A DNA stretch of 63,954 bases, the filler included, from Aduncisulcus paluster (lineage: Eukaryota): NCBI GenBank assembly GCA_024181965.1. It is 6 parts of 6 records of this genome, joined end to end, with 100 filler letters (N's around TTAATTAATTAA, not from the genome) between each part and the next. Parts side by side here need not be neighbours in the genome. Positions count along the whole stretch, not along the records: positions 37,101 to 57,511 come from BQXS01011655.1; 5 more parts are not named here. One strand, 5' to 3'. Both the position numbers and the translations under genes were made by a program. Under the pieces are notes generated by a model that was not told the DNA's origin, made no database searches, and worked only from the letters and a program-made list of their open reading frames with translations. Shown here one piece after another: positions 44,269-54,727 of the stretch. The stretch's first letter is position 1, and each line of letters starts with the position of its first letter.

Positions 44269-47200
44269 ATGGAACACGACAAAGAGGAAAAAGAAGAATT
44301 TTCGACTAGATGATCCTGATGATCCGGGAGATATATCATTGGCTTCAAGCACATCAACTCATGATATTCAATCGGGTAGGTCTGAAGAAGAGGAGGAAGA
44401 ATTGAAGAACGAAGTTGAAGCCTTGAAACTGAAGGGGAAAGAGAAGAAGCAAAGAGAAGAACTCAAAACAGATGATATAAAGATGAAAGAATTTGAATTA
44501 AAGTCCTTGATTTTGTCAATCACAAGAACTGAGTCTCAACCTGCCATCACATCCCTTTACAAAGAAACATATCCTCGTCTCAAGGCTATCTTTGATGAAT
44601 TCACTTCATCATCATCTGCTATCACATCCAATATAGATCTCTTTGAGCTTTGTTTCGAATGTTTGTCCTTGTTCGTGAAGCATAAAGTTACAAAAGGAGA
44701 TGGGACTTTGAAGGAAGATGAGGATGATATTGAGGTTATTCTTGATAGATATTTCATCAACAATATTAATGACACTTTCTTGCCTTCAATGATCCGAGTT
44801 GAAGATGTTCTGAGAGTGAAAGAAGAAGAAGAAGGAGGAGGAACTGGTGAAGCTGGAGTGAATTCCATTACAATGTTATTATTTAGGATGCTTGGTAACT
44901 CTACAAAGCATAATCTATCCCTTTGTATTTCTATTTTCCCCCAAATTTCTCCCCTTCTCTCCAAGATGTTTATTCTTGGCCTATCCAAGAAATTTGAGGA
45001 TTCTTTTATTGAGGACATCCTACAAACATGCAGAAATATTGCATTTGCCAATGATGATCCCACCAAGAACTCTCTTTTATCCCTTCTTCTCCCTCACATC
45101 TTACCTTGGATGAAGAAGTATCCTGACAAGAAGTTCTTTTTCTTGTGGACAAACATCTTGAAGAATATCACACTTGATAAAGATAACACCGATCCTCATA
45201 AAGATCGTTCCTCACAACTCTGGTTTGTCTTCCATCCTGTCTTGGATGTGATTAAGGACACTGCTTCCAAAGGTATTACATTTGATGATGATGCTCTCAT
45301 TCGTTGTTTTTGGTTCTTTGCTAACTTGAGTTGTATTCCTTCCCAAGCTGTTGAAGTGCATGATTGTATTAAAGATGGTCTTCTTGATGGTTGGTTTGAG
45401 ATGATAAAGAAGAAGAGTGAAGAAGGGAAAGATGATGGTAATTGGGGAATCAAATACTGGTCCAGACTCATTTCCATGCTCTCCACTGTTCCATCTCTTG
45501 TTCTTCACATATCTCCTAAATATGATGCCAACATGGAGTGGTGCAAGAATAATGGGGGATTGTGTGAATATTATTCAAGATATCTTGGTAATGCTTATCC
45601 ATCACTGAAACAATGGTCAGAATTAGTTGAAACCATCAAGAAATGCCCTGACTCAGTATCAACTTCCAAACTCTACCATGAACATCGAGATGAGTTTCTT
45701 TCCGTCTTCCTTGCATTCCAATCAAATGGTGAGATTGAAGAGCACAAGAGAGAGATTGTTCTTTGTGTTCAGTGTTTACAATGTTTTGTTAGACATGATA
45801 TTTGTGAAAATAAGATCTATCTCGCTATTCCTGATCTGAATGATCTCATTGACACTTTCATTGATCATCTATCAAGATGTGAGGAAGAGTTGGAAGGAGA
45901 TGTTGATGAAGAGTATTGTGTGATTTGTATGTGTTATACTTTCAAAGTTCAAGATAAATGTGATTCCTTCCTTCCAAAGATCTCCCCCACTTTCCAACGT
46001 ATTCTTGAGAGAGGAAGTAAGAAAAGGTTGGGAGGTGACTTTACTCTGTATGTTTTAAAAACTCTTCGAAATGTTTCCCTATGTACCTCTTCTTCCACCC
46101 GATCCTCTATTATCACCCTCATCAAACCATATATCAGAGATTGGTTGAGGATATTCAATGATAGTAAGTGTTATGGAAATTGGATGTATATTCTATCATT
46201 TATCACCCTCTCAAGTGATGATTCAACCCCCAACAAATCCCTTTGTTCTGAAACCTGGCCACTCTTCCACCCTGTTCTTGATGTTGTTAAGAGAGAGTTT
46301 GTTGGGGATGAGATTGTTGAGGATGATCATGAAAGGGTTTTACGATTCTTCTCCAACTTATGTTGTGATCCATTACATGCTGTTGAAATCTATGATAATG
46401 TTAAAGATCTTCTTGATGTGTGGTTTACAGCTATAAAGAAGAAAGAACATAAACGGGGAATCAAATCCTGGTCTTCTCTCATTTCTATGCTCTCTACTAT
46501 TCCATCTCTTCTTCCTCACATATCTCCTAAATATGATACCAACATGGAGTGGTGCAAGAATAATGGGGGTTGGAGTAGACATTATTCAAGATATCTTGGT
46601 AACTGCTATCCTTCTCTGAAGAAATGGTCAGATTTGATTGAAACTATCAACAAATCCCCTGACTCAGAATCCACTTCCAAACTCTACCGTAAACATCGAG
46701 ATAAGATTCTCTCTGTCTTCCTTACATTCCAATCAAAGAGTGAGATTGAAGAGCACAATAGAGGGATTGTTCTTTGTGTACAGTGTTTAGACTGGTTTGT
46801 TAGACATGATATTTGTGAAAATAAGATCTATCTCGCTATTCCTGATCTGAATGATCTCATTGACACTTTCATTGATCATCTATCAAGATGTGAGGAAGTG
46901 TTGGAAAGAGATGTTGATGAAGAGTATTGTAGTATTTGTCTGAGTTATACTTTCAAAGTTCAAGATAAACGGGATTCCTTCCTTCCAAAGATCTCCCCCA
47001 CTTTCCAACGTATTCTTGAGAGAGGAAGTAAGGAGAAGTTGGGAGGTATTGTTGCTCTAGGTTTATTACTAACTCTCGGTAACATCTCTCTCTCTCCCTC
47101 TTATTCCTCTACCTCTTCTTCCACTCGATCCTCTATTCTCACCCTCATCAAACCATATATCAAAGATTGGTTGAGGATATACAATGATAGTGAGTGTTAT

Positions 47201-47861
47201 GGAGGTTGGATGTGTATTCTATCAATGATCCTTTATTCTCACCCTCATCAAACCGTATATCAGAGATTGGTTGAGGATATACAACAATAGTAAGTGTTAT
47301 GGAGAATTGATGTATATTCTATCATTTATCACCCTCTCAAGTGATAATTCAACTCCCAACAAATCCCTCTGTTCTGAAGCTTGGCCTCTCTTCCACCCTG
47401 TTCTTGATGTTGTTAAGAGAGAGTTTGTTGGGGATAAGATTGTTGGAAATAATAATGAATATGTTTTATTATTCTTCTCCAACTTATGTTGTGATCCATC
47501 ACATGCTATTGAAGTCTTCGATAACATTAAAGATCTTCTCGAAGGTTGGTTTAAAGCTATCCTATCCAAGAGAGCAGGATATGGTATTCCTATTTGGTCC
47601 AGACTCATCTCCATGTTCTCTTCTGTTCCATCTCTTGTTCCTCAAATATCTCCTAGCTTTGATTCAGCCATGAAATGGTGCAACGATAATGGAAGAATTG
47701 AGGATTTATTGAGATTAAAGCTAATCGAAGCTGATGATGAATTTCTTGACTTCATTAAAGTTAAATCAAAGAATTCAAAAGAAAAAGAAGAAAAGGATGA
47801 AGAGGCGTTTTGTTCAATTTTTGATTACGATTATCAAAGGTTTGTTGATAATTGTAAATAA
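44269..47861 (+). pseudogene. Kinase-less paralog of 3132..8639 (ARM repeats only), with two frameshifts
   Basis: ATG 44269 MEHDKEEKEEFS matches MEYDKEEKEEFS, then a frame change to DDPDD..ASSTSTH, which joins directly to EELKNEVEALKL. A 100-nt tandem duplication at 47127-47326 shifts frame again. ORF 44339..47290 could still be translated from an internal ATG. Confidence 0.75.
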
Positions 47862-47894
47862 ATCTTCAAAGGAACTAAAATAATTTTAGTTAAA

Positions 47895-50800
47895 TTAAAG
47901 ATCTAGCTCTGTTTTCATTTCAACAAATAATGATATTATTTCGTCTTCTATTGTTGTTCCTCCGATATGTTCTTTAATTATTCCCGATATTTCATGGTCA
48001 GCTCCTGATATTCCACTTAGCATAATCTGTCTCCTCCGCAACTCTTCCTTCTCTTCTTCACCACCAATTCGCCACAGATATGAATCTAATTGTTGCCCAT
48101 AACGCTCCCAATTGCTCTTGAAATCAAGTAATGAGACTCCAATCGGATATAAGGAGACGATATGCCTTTCGATGAATGGCCAAGCGATTACTTTCCCATC
48201 AAGCTCAAGTACTTCTTCTTCCTCGTCCTTCATAATCACAGGCGAAGCGAATATTCCTCTTGCGTTGCTGCTTAATATACTCACGTTATAGTTATACCTA
48301 TGGAACACATTCACAACCTCAACACGCCACACATATTCACCGTGTTCCTTGGCAAGAGTAACAGGATCTGACAGACATGCGGTCAGTTGAGGTGCACCAA
48401 TATAATGTTGGCAGTGAGATACAAGGTCAAACACAAATCTATTCCGCTTTCTCCACTCTGAATACAAGAAAGGCATGGCATGGACGTAAGTTTGAGAACA
48501 GAGGGCCAATAGATGGGGGCATTTTACAGCAACGACACGTTTGAGAAGGGCAACCAACTTCGTTGACCCAAGGCTTCTTGCACGGTCACAGCAGTCGCTT
48601 GCAATGAGACAGAGTCCTCTCACGCACACACAGGCAATGAGGACTCTTCTGGCATGGATATGTGTTGCAGGGGCACTTATGATTACTTGTTTGGCAATGT
48701 CATCGATAATCACGCATCGTTCATCGGCCATCACTCCACCAAAGAACTCAGAAAAATGTTTAAGGTGCCACATGCTTATTCTCTCTTGATCATTGGTTTC
48801 TTCACTGCCGACACCAGAGGTCAGAAGTTTCTCAAGATCACTGTTGAGATAAGATCCCAGAAGCTTGAACGCACCCAGTTTGGCAAGAAAATCCGCAATG
48901 AATGAGAATTGTAGGTGATGATTCCTCCGAGCACCTTCCAACAAAAGAACAAGAGTTTGGACAGAATTCCTCACACAAGAGTCAACAATGAACGATGTGG
49001 TAGCCCTTGAATGGGCTGTAAACAAGGGAGTCAGGAGAGATGATGGTATATAATATGGTTTGTCTTGGGAATGTTGCTTGTCGAGAATCATTATCATAGT
49101 CCAACGGCCTCTCACTCTCTCACACTCGCTTTCGCAGTCAGAATGGATAGTAGAGTGCTGTGTAGCTGTCTGAATAAGGACACACAAGGAATATAACAGT
49201 GCTTTAACATGAGGCAAGAAAAGTTGATACATGCGTTCATACAGATTCATTTCGTTGTTACCCCACCTGTTTCTGGGAACAGGAAGATGCGAGAGAGGTT
49301 CAGTTGAGGGGTTTGAAGAATCCAAAATCTCATCATTTGATGAACAGTACCTCAGAAAATCAATTCCTATTCCTCCAGACAATTGTGAACACACAGTGTC
49401 AATCGGGAAAGAAGAAGCAATAGATCTACACCAATGCGTCGATGTGGGAAGTGGAAGCTCAATGTTCTGTTCAGAAATGTCACTTTTCTCTTCAGAGACA
49501 ACTTCTTTCCGACCCTCAGCCCACAGAAGAGATGCCGTTGAGGACGAGGAGACTGGCGTGTCTTCTTTACAGTCAATAGGATCGAATGTCTTGGATCCTC
49601 CTTTCTCTTCGTCTTCAACCTGTGAGCGATTATTATTATTATTATTATCAGGATACAGGGATAAATAGTGTTTGATACATTTCATGAAGTATTCGAGACT
49701 CCCTTTAATTTTTTTATCTCTATTCTTTTGTGGAATGGCTTTGTTAAGCGCAAAAAAGGGTTGAATAGCGACATTATTGACCGTCACAGGGCCTGAAAGG
49801 GACATTGCTGAAGGAATAAATCTACTGAAATCTGAAGAAACCATCTTATCTTCATGGTAGGTACCATCGTCAGGATCTGGCCCATCCTTCATTCGCTCAT
49901 GTTCAATCCTCCTTCGTTCTTCATCTCTTTTCTCTTCAGCCAATAACAATTGTCTCATCTCTCGCTCTCCGATAATATCTGCAATGCATGTCGTGTCAAC
50001 TCCACCTTCCCACTTTCCAGACACATACATATACTCTTCAAGAGCCCCATGGAGACACCCGGCAAGGAATGGGAGCGTTGGGATGGGATGACCTGGAGAA
50101 ATAGGCTCAAGTAAAGTCAGGCAGGGAGATAGACAGAGTGGGTACGGAAGGTTGTGACTATGATGAAAAGAGCTCAAGGATGTGAATAAGAGAGAGGAGG
50201 AAGTGTGCGGTGGGAGCAAGGGAGGAGGAGGAGGAGGGTGTTGGAATGCAAGGATCTTTGCATGTGTGTTGGAGAACGATTGAGAGGTTAGATATCTTGT
50301 ATGCAGGGATAGGCAGGGGGGTGGGAGAAGTGGGTGGTCCTTGGGGGAAGAGCCTGCCGTTGAGGAGATCTCCGTGGGATCATCAGTTGATGTTTCATCT
50401 GTGGAATGGGAAGGGGGGGAATGGAATAAGGTGGATGAATTGGATCGTTTCTTGATCATTGAGGCTACTTGAGCAGTGGGACCAACACATAGGGCAATAC
50501 ATTGCCGAACAAGAGCAAAAAAGGGAAGATGGAGACGGGAAGAGGAGAGGACTGATCTGGAAAGTGCCGCTAATGAGGGTAATAAATTCATATCCAAAAT
50601 AATCTCATGGATTCGTTTCCCAATGGTAGAATGTCTAAAGGTTTCGAAATTCTCAACAGAAAGGAAAGGTTTCGTTCCAACAACATAATGGAATAGAGAA
50701 CAAAACAAAGTGCACAAATCATTCAAAGCAAAGAAAATATGCTCTTCATATGAAATCATCTTCTTAAAGGAGAGTTCTTCCTCTCTAATTCCTTGAGCAG

Positions 50801-51284
50801 ATATGAGGCTGGCGATGCTTTCTGGAATAATTGATGGATTCGATAAAAAGTCGTATAATTTAAGTGAGGGCTCAAGAATAACATTCTTAATGTTGTTTAG
50901 TGAAGGAATAAGAATTGATTCAACAATAAATGATAGAATAAGAGATTTGGCTATTTCATCTGGTTTGGGATGTGACATGAGCACTTTGACAAAAATGAGA
51001 GCATGAGGAAGACCCTTAATACGCGTTATGTCGTCAAGATATTGAAATAAATCTTCGTCTGCCGATTTAGAAATGATAGAAAGATCAAAGTCAGTTGTAT
51101 AGATAGAAGCTTCGGTTTTGATGATTTCCAGAAGTGAAATTAGACTTGGCGGTTCGGCTAAGTCAAAATCATAATAACGAAAAAGAATATTAGCTAGATT
51201 TTGACTGTAGGAAGGGAAAAACTCGTTCCTTTCTTCAATGGGAGATAATATATCGAGGTACACAAATGGAATGAGATCTTCCAT
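47895..51284 (-). CDS. STRIP1: STRIP1/Far11 (FAM40) STRIPAK subunit homolog
   Basis: N-terminal FVYLD....ERNEFFPSYS; LYERMYQLFLPH; LLLEGARRNHHLQFSFIADFL; LLKRVVAVK..MPFLYSEWRKRN. These match conserved STRIP1/Far11 blocks. Confidence 0.75.
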   Translation of the reverse strand: MEDLIPFVYLDILSPIEERNEFFPSYSQNLANILFRYYDFDLAEPPSLISLLEIIKTEASIYTTDFDLSIISKSADEDLFQYLDDITRIKGLPHALIFVKVLMSHPKPDEIAKSLILSFIVESILIPSLNNIKNVILEPSLKLYDFLSNPSIIPESIASLISAQGIREEELSFKKMISYEEHIFFALNDLCTLFCSLFHYVVGTKPFLSVENFETFRHSTIGKRIHEIILDMNLLPSLAALSRSVLSSSRLHLPFFALVRQCIALCVGPTAQVASMIKKRSNSSTLFHSPPSHSTDETSTDDPTEISSTAGSSPKDHPLLPPPCLSLHTRYLTSQSFSNTHAKILAFQHPPPPPPLLPPHTSSSLLFTSLSSFHHSHNLPYPLCLSPCLTLLEPISPGHPIPTLPFLAGCLHGALEEYMYVSGKWEGGVDTTCIADIIGEREMRQLLLAEEKRDEERRRIEHERMKDGPDPDDGTYHEDKMVSSDFSRFIPSAMSLSGPVTVNNVAIQPFFALNKAIPQKNRDKKIKGSLEYFMKCIKHYLSLYPDNNNNNNRSQVEDEEKGGSKTFDPIDCKEDTPVSSSSTASLLWAEGRKEVVSEEKSDISEQNIELPLPTSTHWCRSIASSFPIDTVCSQLSGGIGIDFLRYCSSNDEILDSSNPSTEPLSHLPVPRNRWGNNEMNLYERMYQLFLPHVKALLYSLCVLIQTATQHSTIHSDCESECERVRGRWTMIMILDKQHSQDKPYYIPSSLLTPLFTAHSRATTSFIVDSCVRNSVQTLVLLLEGARRNHHLQFSFIADFLAKLGAFKLLGSYLNSDLEKLLTSGVGSEETNDQERISMWHLKHFSEFFGGVMADERCVIIDDIAKQVIISAPATHIHARRVLIACVCVRGLCLIASDCCDRARSLGSTKLVALLKRVVAVKCPHLLALCSQTYVHAMPFLYSEWRKRNRFVFDLVSHCQHYIGAPQLTACLSDPVTLAKEHGEYVWRVEVVNVFHRYNYNVSILSSNARGIFASPVIMKDEEEEVLELDGKVIAWPFIERHIVSLYPIGVSLLDFKSNWERYGQQLDSYLWRIGGEEEKEELRRRQIMLSGISGADHEISGIIKEHIGGTTIEDEIISLFVEMKTELDL

Positions 51285-51581
51285 GAATATTTTTCAATAA
51301 TATTATTATCAATATAAACTATATTATTTAATTCCGTTCAAAACAATCAAATTGATAGTCTAAGTGGAATCGCTTTGCCGAGGTGCATATATGCCATCTA
51401 ATTAATTATTTATATTAACATATCCGCAAATTTCATAAATTTAATCTCAAAGAGAATTCCATGGAGAGAATGAGAGATCCGGCCTCAATCAGCGATAGAT
51501 ACAGTCAGTTTATTGAATATAATATTTAAAATATTTATAATTTATAATTTATATCAAAATTGAATATTGTTCCTGAGATAA

Positions 51582-53057
51582 TTATTCGGTCTTTTTAGAC
51601 TTCTTGGACTTCTTTCCCTTCTTCTCCTTTTTCACTTTCTTTTCTTTCTTTTCCTTCTTAACTTTCTTTTCCTTCTTTGGCTTCTCTTCTTTCACGGGTT
51701 CTTCTTCCTCCTCTTCCTTCTTCACGGGAACTTCAACAGTATCGTCATCCTCTTCTTCCTTTTTCACATCTTCAATCTTAACCTTATCCTCTTGTTGTTC
51801 AGCAACAATTTTATCCTTGGCAAGCTGGAGGACATCTGTGTGTTTCCTTGGAGGCTTACCAGATTCAAGGAACTTCAGACGCTCCTCGATCATCTCCTTG
51901 TAGGCGTGACCATAGGCATCAGTGGGTTCCTCTCTGAAATAATCAATACGAGCAGCGTGGGAAGCAAGAGAGGCGAGGGAACGAGCGATTCTTCCCTTAT
52001 GTTGTGGTTTGGCACGTCCAACGAAATTAGAGTTGTAAAGGAAACCATATTTGGGAGTACGACTCTTGGTCTTCAGGGCACGGAAAAGAGCCTTCTCAGC
52101 ACCGAGGATCTGGACAGTACTGGCTGGATACTTGGCGAGTTGCTGAAGGGAACCAGCTCTTGAGATAAGACGGGAAGTCACAATGTCTCCAAGGAAAACG
52201 GAAAGATTGGGACACACGTCGTGAACTTTGTTAGAAAGATATGTTGCCAATTTTGAACGATAATCATTAAGATGAGAAACACGTTTAGCCAAGTTAATAA
52301 CGGCACCAAGAGACTCAGTATCCATATCCTGACCCATGGATAACCTAGCAGCGGCCAATATTTCTTTAAGAAGCTCGGAATCTTCTTCTAATCCGAGAAC
52401 ATCAGTCAATTTTTGAGCATACTCATCCTTCTTGTCAGTATCAACAAGGTTATTTCTGCATCCAACGCAAAGAACAAATTTAGAGTAGTGAACACTATCC
52501 TTAAGTATCTTTGTGAGCTCTGGGAAATGCCACCCATACCATTCCCTCACACGCATAGCAAAGGTGTTGATATCTTTGTCAAGTTGTTCAAGCAAAGCAA
52601 TGGCTTGAATAATCATGTTGTCTTCTCTTTGAACATTATGTTGGACACGAGACCGAGAATATGAATGAGCAAGGCGTAGTTGCTGTTTGGCTTGTTCCTT
52701 GGGAGACACTTCCTTTACCAAATCAAAGAACTGTCCACGAATGGAGTGAGTTAAATCAGTTATGTGTTCAGAAGCCATCACTTGGATTCCAAATTTCTCA
52801 GATATCTTCTCCTTAAGAGAAGTATCAGCAACACCAAGAATAAATTCTTTTGACTTTCTATCTTCAGGAAGATAAAGTTCAAGGAAATCGGCCAATGTAT
52901 CAGGAAGATCTCCAGCAACAAATGCTTTCTGGACTTCAAGGGCAACATCTGGATTGGGAAAAGGAGAATAGGATACCAACTTAGGCTTTGTTCCCCTCAT
53001 TCTAAAGAGAGCGAAACCTGAAACGGATTCAAAGAGGATCATTAATTGATCTACCAT
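51582..53057 (-). CDS. NOP56: Nucleolar protein 56 (box C/D snoRNP)
   Basis: LAHSYSRSRV, DNMIIQAIALLEQLDKDINTFAMRVREWYGWHFPEL, LAKYPASTVQILGAEKALFRALKT..TPKYG and a KKE-rich tail. First ATG 53057. Confidence 0.95.
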   Translation of the reverse strand: MVDQLMILFESVSGFALFRMRGTKPKLVSYSPFPNPDVALEVQKAFVAGDLPDTLADFLELYLPEDRKSKEFILGVADTSLKEKISEKFGIQVMASEHITDLTHSIRGQFFDLVKEVSPKEQAKQQLRLAHSYSRSRVQHNVQREDNMIIQAIALLEQLDKDINTFAMRVREWYGWHFPELTKILKDSVHYSKFVLCVGCRNNLVDTDKKDEYAQKLTDVLGLEEDSELLKEILAAARLSMGQDMDTESLGAVINLAKRVSHLNDYRSKLATYLSNKVHDVCPNLSVFLGDIVTSRLISRAGSLQQLAKYPASTVQILGAEKALFRALKTKSRTPKYGFLYNSNFVGRAKPQHKGRIARSLASLASHAARIDYFREEPTDAYGHAYKEMIEERLKFLESGKPPRKHTDVLQLAKDKIVAEQQEDKVKIEDVKKEEEDDDTVEVPVKKEEEEEEPVKEEKPKKEKKVKKEKKEKKVKKEKKGKKSKKSKKTE

Positions 53058-53475
53058 TTTTTCAACCTCTGCCAAAGAGCGCTGACGATTGAAATCACTT
53101 CCACTCTAAAAATAGTTTTTTCCAAAGAGATATTTCGCATTATTTCTGAAACGGATTGCAGATGTTATAATTATTATTTCGGCTATTAATGGTTTATATC
53201 ATCCGTTAATCCTCTCTATGGTAGTTTGTTATTATTTTCAATTAATCATGAAAATCATTGTTATTATTGAATTATTTTATTAAAAATGCACTTCATTGTT
53301 GACGATACAATAAAATTATATCGAAACTTGTCCAGATATTTGAAATTTATCGAGAATTGAAAAAAACATGTTATCGCCATAAGTTGTAATAAATATTGGG
53401 ATACTTGAGACCGTATTCAAATGTTGGAACCTATTAAATAGAAAAAAGATGACAGTTCGTCATTTAAAATATTCT

Positions 53476-54133
53476 TTACTCTGATTGACCGGCACCCTTG
53501 ATACGAGAAACACGTCCAGCTAAATACAAATATAATATAAACAAATAAACATAATAAGTTTCTGATATAATAATAACCTAAAGAAAAACAAATAAACAAG
53601 AGTAAAATATACATACGCTTACCGTTCTTGAGAGAGGAGAATTCAGCAGTGTCAATCTTCTTCTCAGAATCAATACGGACAATGAAACTAGGGTTGTCAA
53701 CGACTTGACCACCGACGGCGATGTGACCTTGTTTGATCAAACAACGAGAGTGGTGGATAGATTTGGCAATGGGACTTTGCTTGAACACAACGGTTTGGAG
53801 ACGACGGTCAAGGAAGTCTTCGACCTTAAGGGAAAGAACGTAATCGAGTTGGTTCTTGTCAAGAGGAAGGATACCCTGACGGTGGAGACGACGGAGAAGG
53901 GCATCACCTTCGAACACACGACGGGGGTCCTGGGGCTCAAGAGTAAGGAGATGACGAGCAACCTTACGGCATCTAGCAAGAGTGTAACTAACCCTCCAAA
54001 TCTCACGTTTACAACGGAGACCGTAACGACCGATGATTTTCATCTCGGAGTCAAGACGCTCTTTCTCGTAAGGTCTACGGGGTGGCCTAAAAACCTTAGA
54101 TCTGTTGCGGTAAGAAGAAACCTTAGCACACAT
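53476..54133 (-). CDS. RPS9: 40S ribosomal protein S9 (uS4); exons 54133-53617 and 53519-53476
   Basis: [43 protein letters not shown]. Removing the intron restores [17 protein letters not shown]. Confidence 0.96.
53520..53616 (-). other. 97-nt spliceosomal intron (GTATGT...TTTAG), phase 1
   Basis: T-rich with GT-AG ends; excision restores the conserved PGRV motif of RPS9. Confidence 0.92.
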
Positions 54134-54727
54134 TTTTTTCTATTAAGATAAGGCGAAAGAGAAGAGATTTGATTTTTCTTTGGTTGACCTAAAAATAGAA
54201 CAAATTAGCTTCTCATGTGAAAATCCACGGTATAATAGTTGACAAGACAATATAATTTGTGTGAAATTAAAATTAATAAGATTAAATAAATGAATTTGTA
54301 TATCCATTTTGTTCTTTTATAATGAGAGAACCTCCCAACGATTTTGTGTATTAATCAGAATAGTAATAATTGTTTTGTTATTAAAATGGGGTATCACAAT
54401 TGAATTTACTTAATAATTTTGCAGAGGAATTAAAATTTGCTTCTCAAATGAAGAATGCTGATGCCACTCACAGGAATTGGTTGTAACACACGAATGAATC
54501 AATTATCTGATATTTCCGCATATCTATGTCCTTCACAATGATAGTAGTGTGTAAATACGACAGATAAAATTTAAAATCCCGTTCAGCATCCAACCAGACC
54601 CAATGGCATCACGGCACTTGATGGTGCAACAAATTTGAAAAAATTTCGTCGCCTAAACATTTATTTTAGATTTACATCTTAAATTCACTTTATAACAGTA
54701 CGCAAAAACAATAAACAATGCTTGTTA

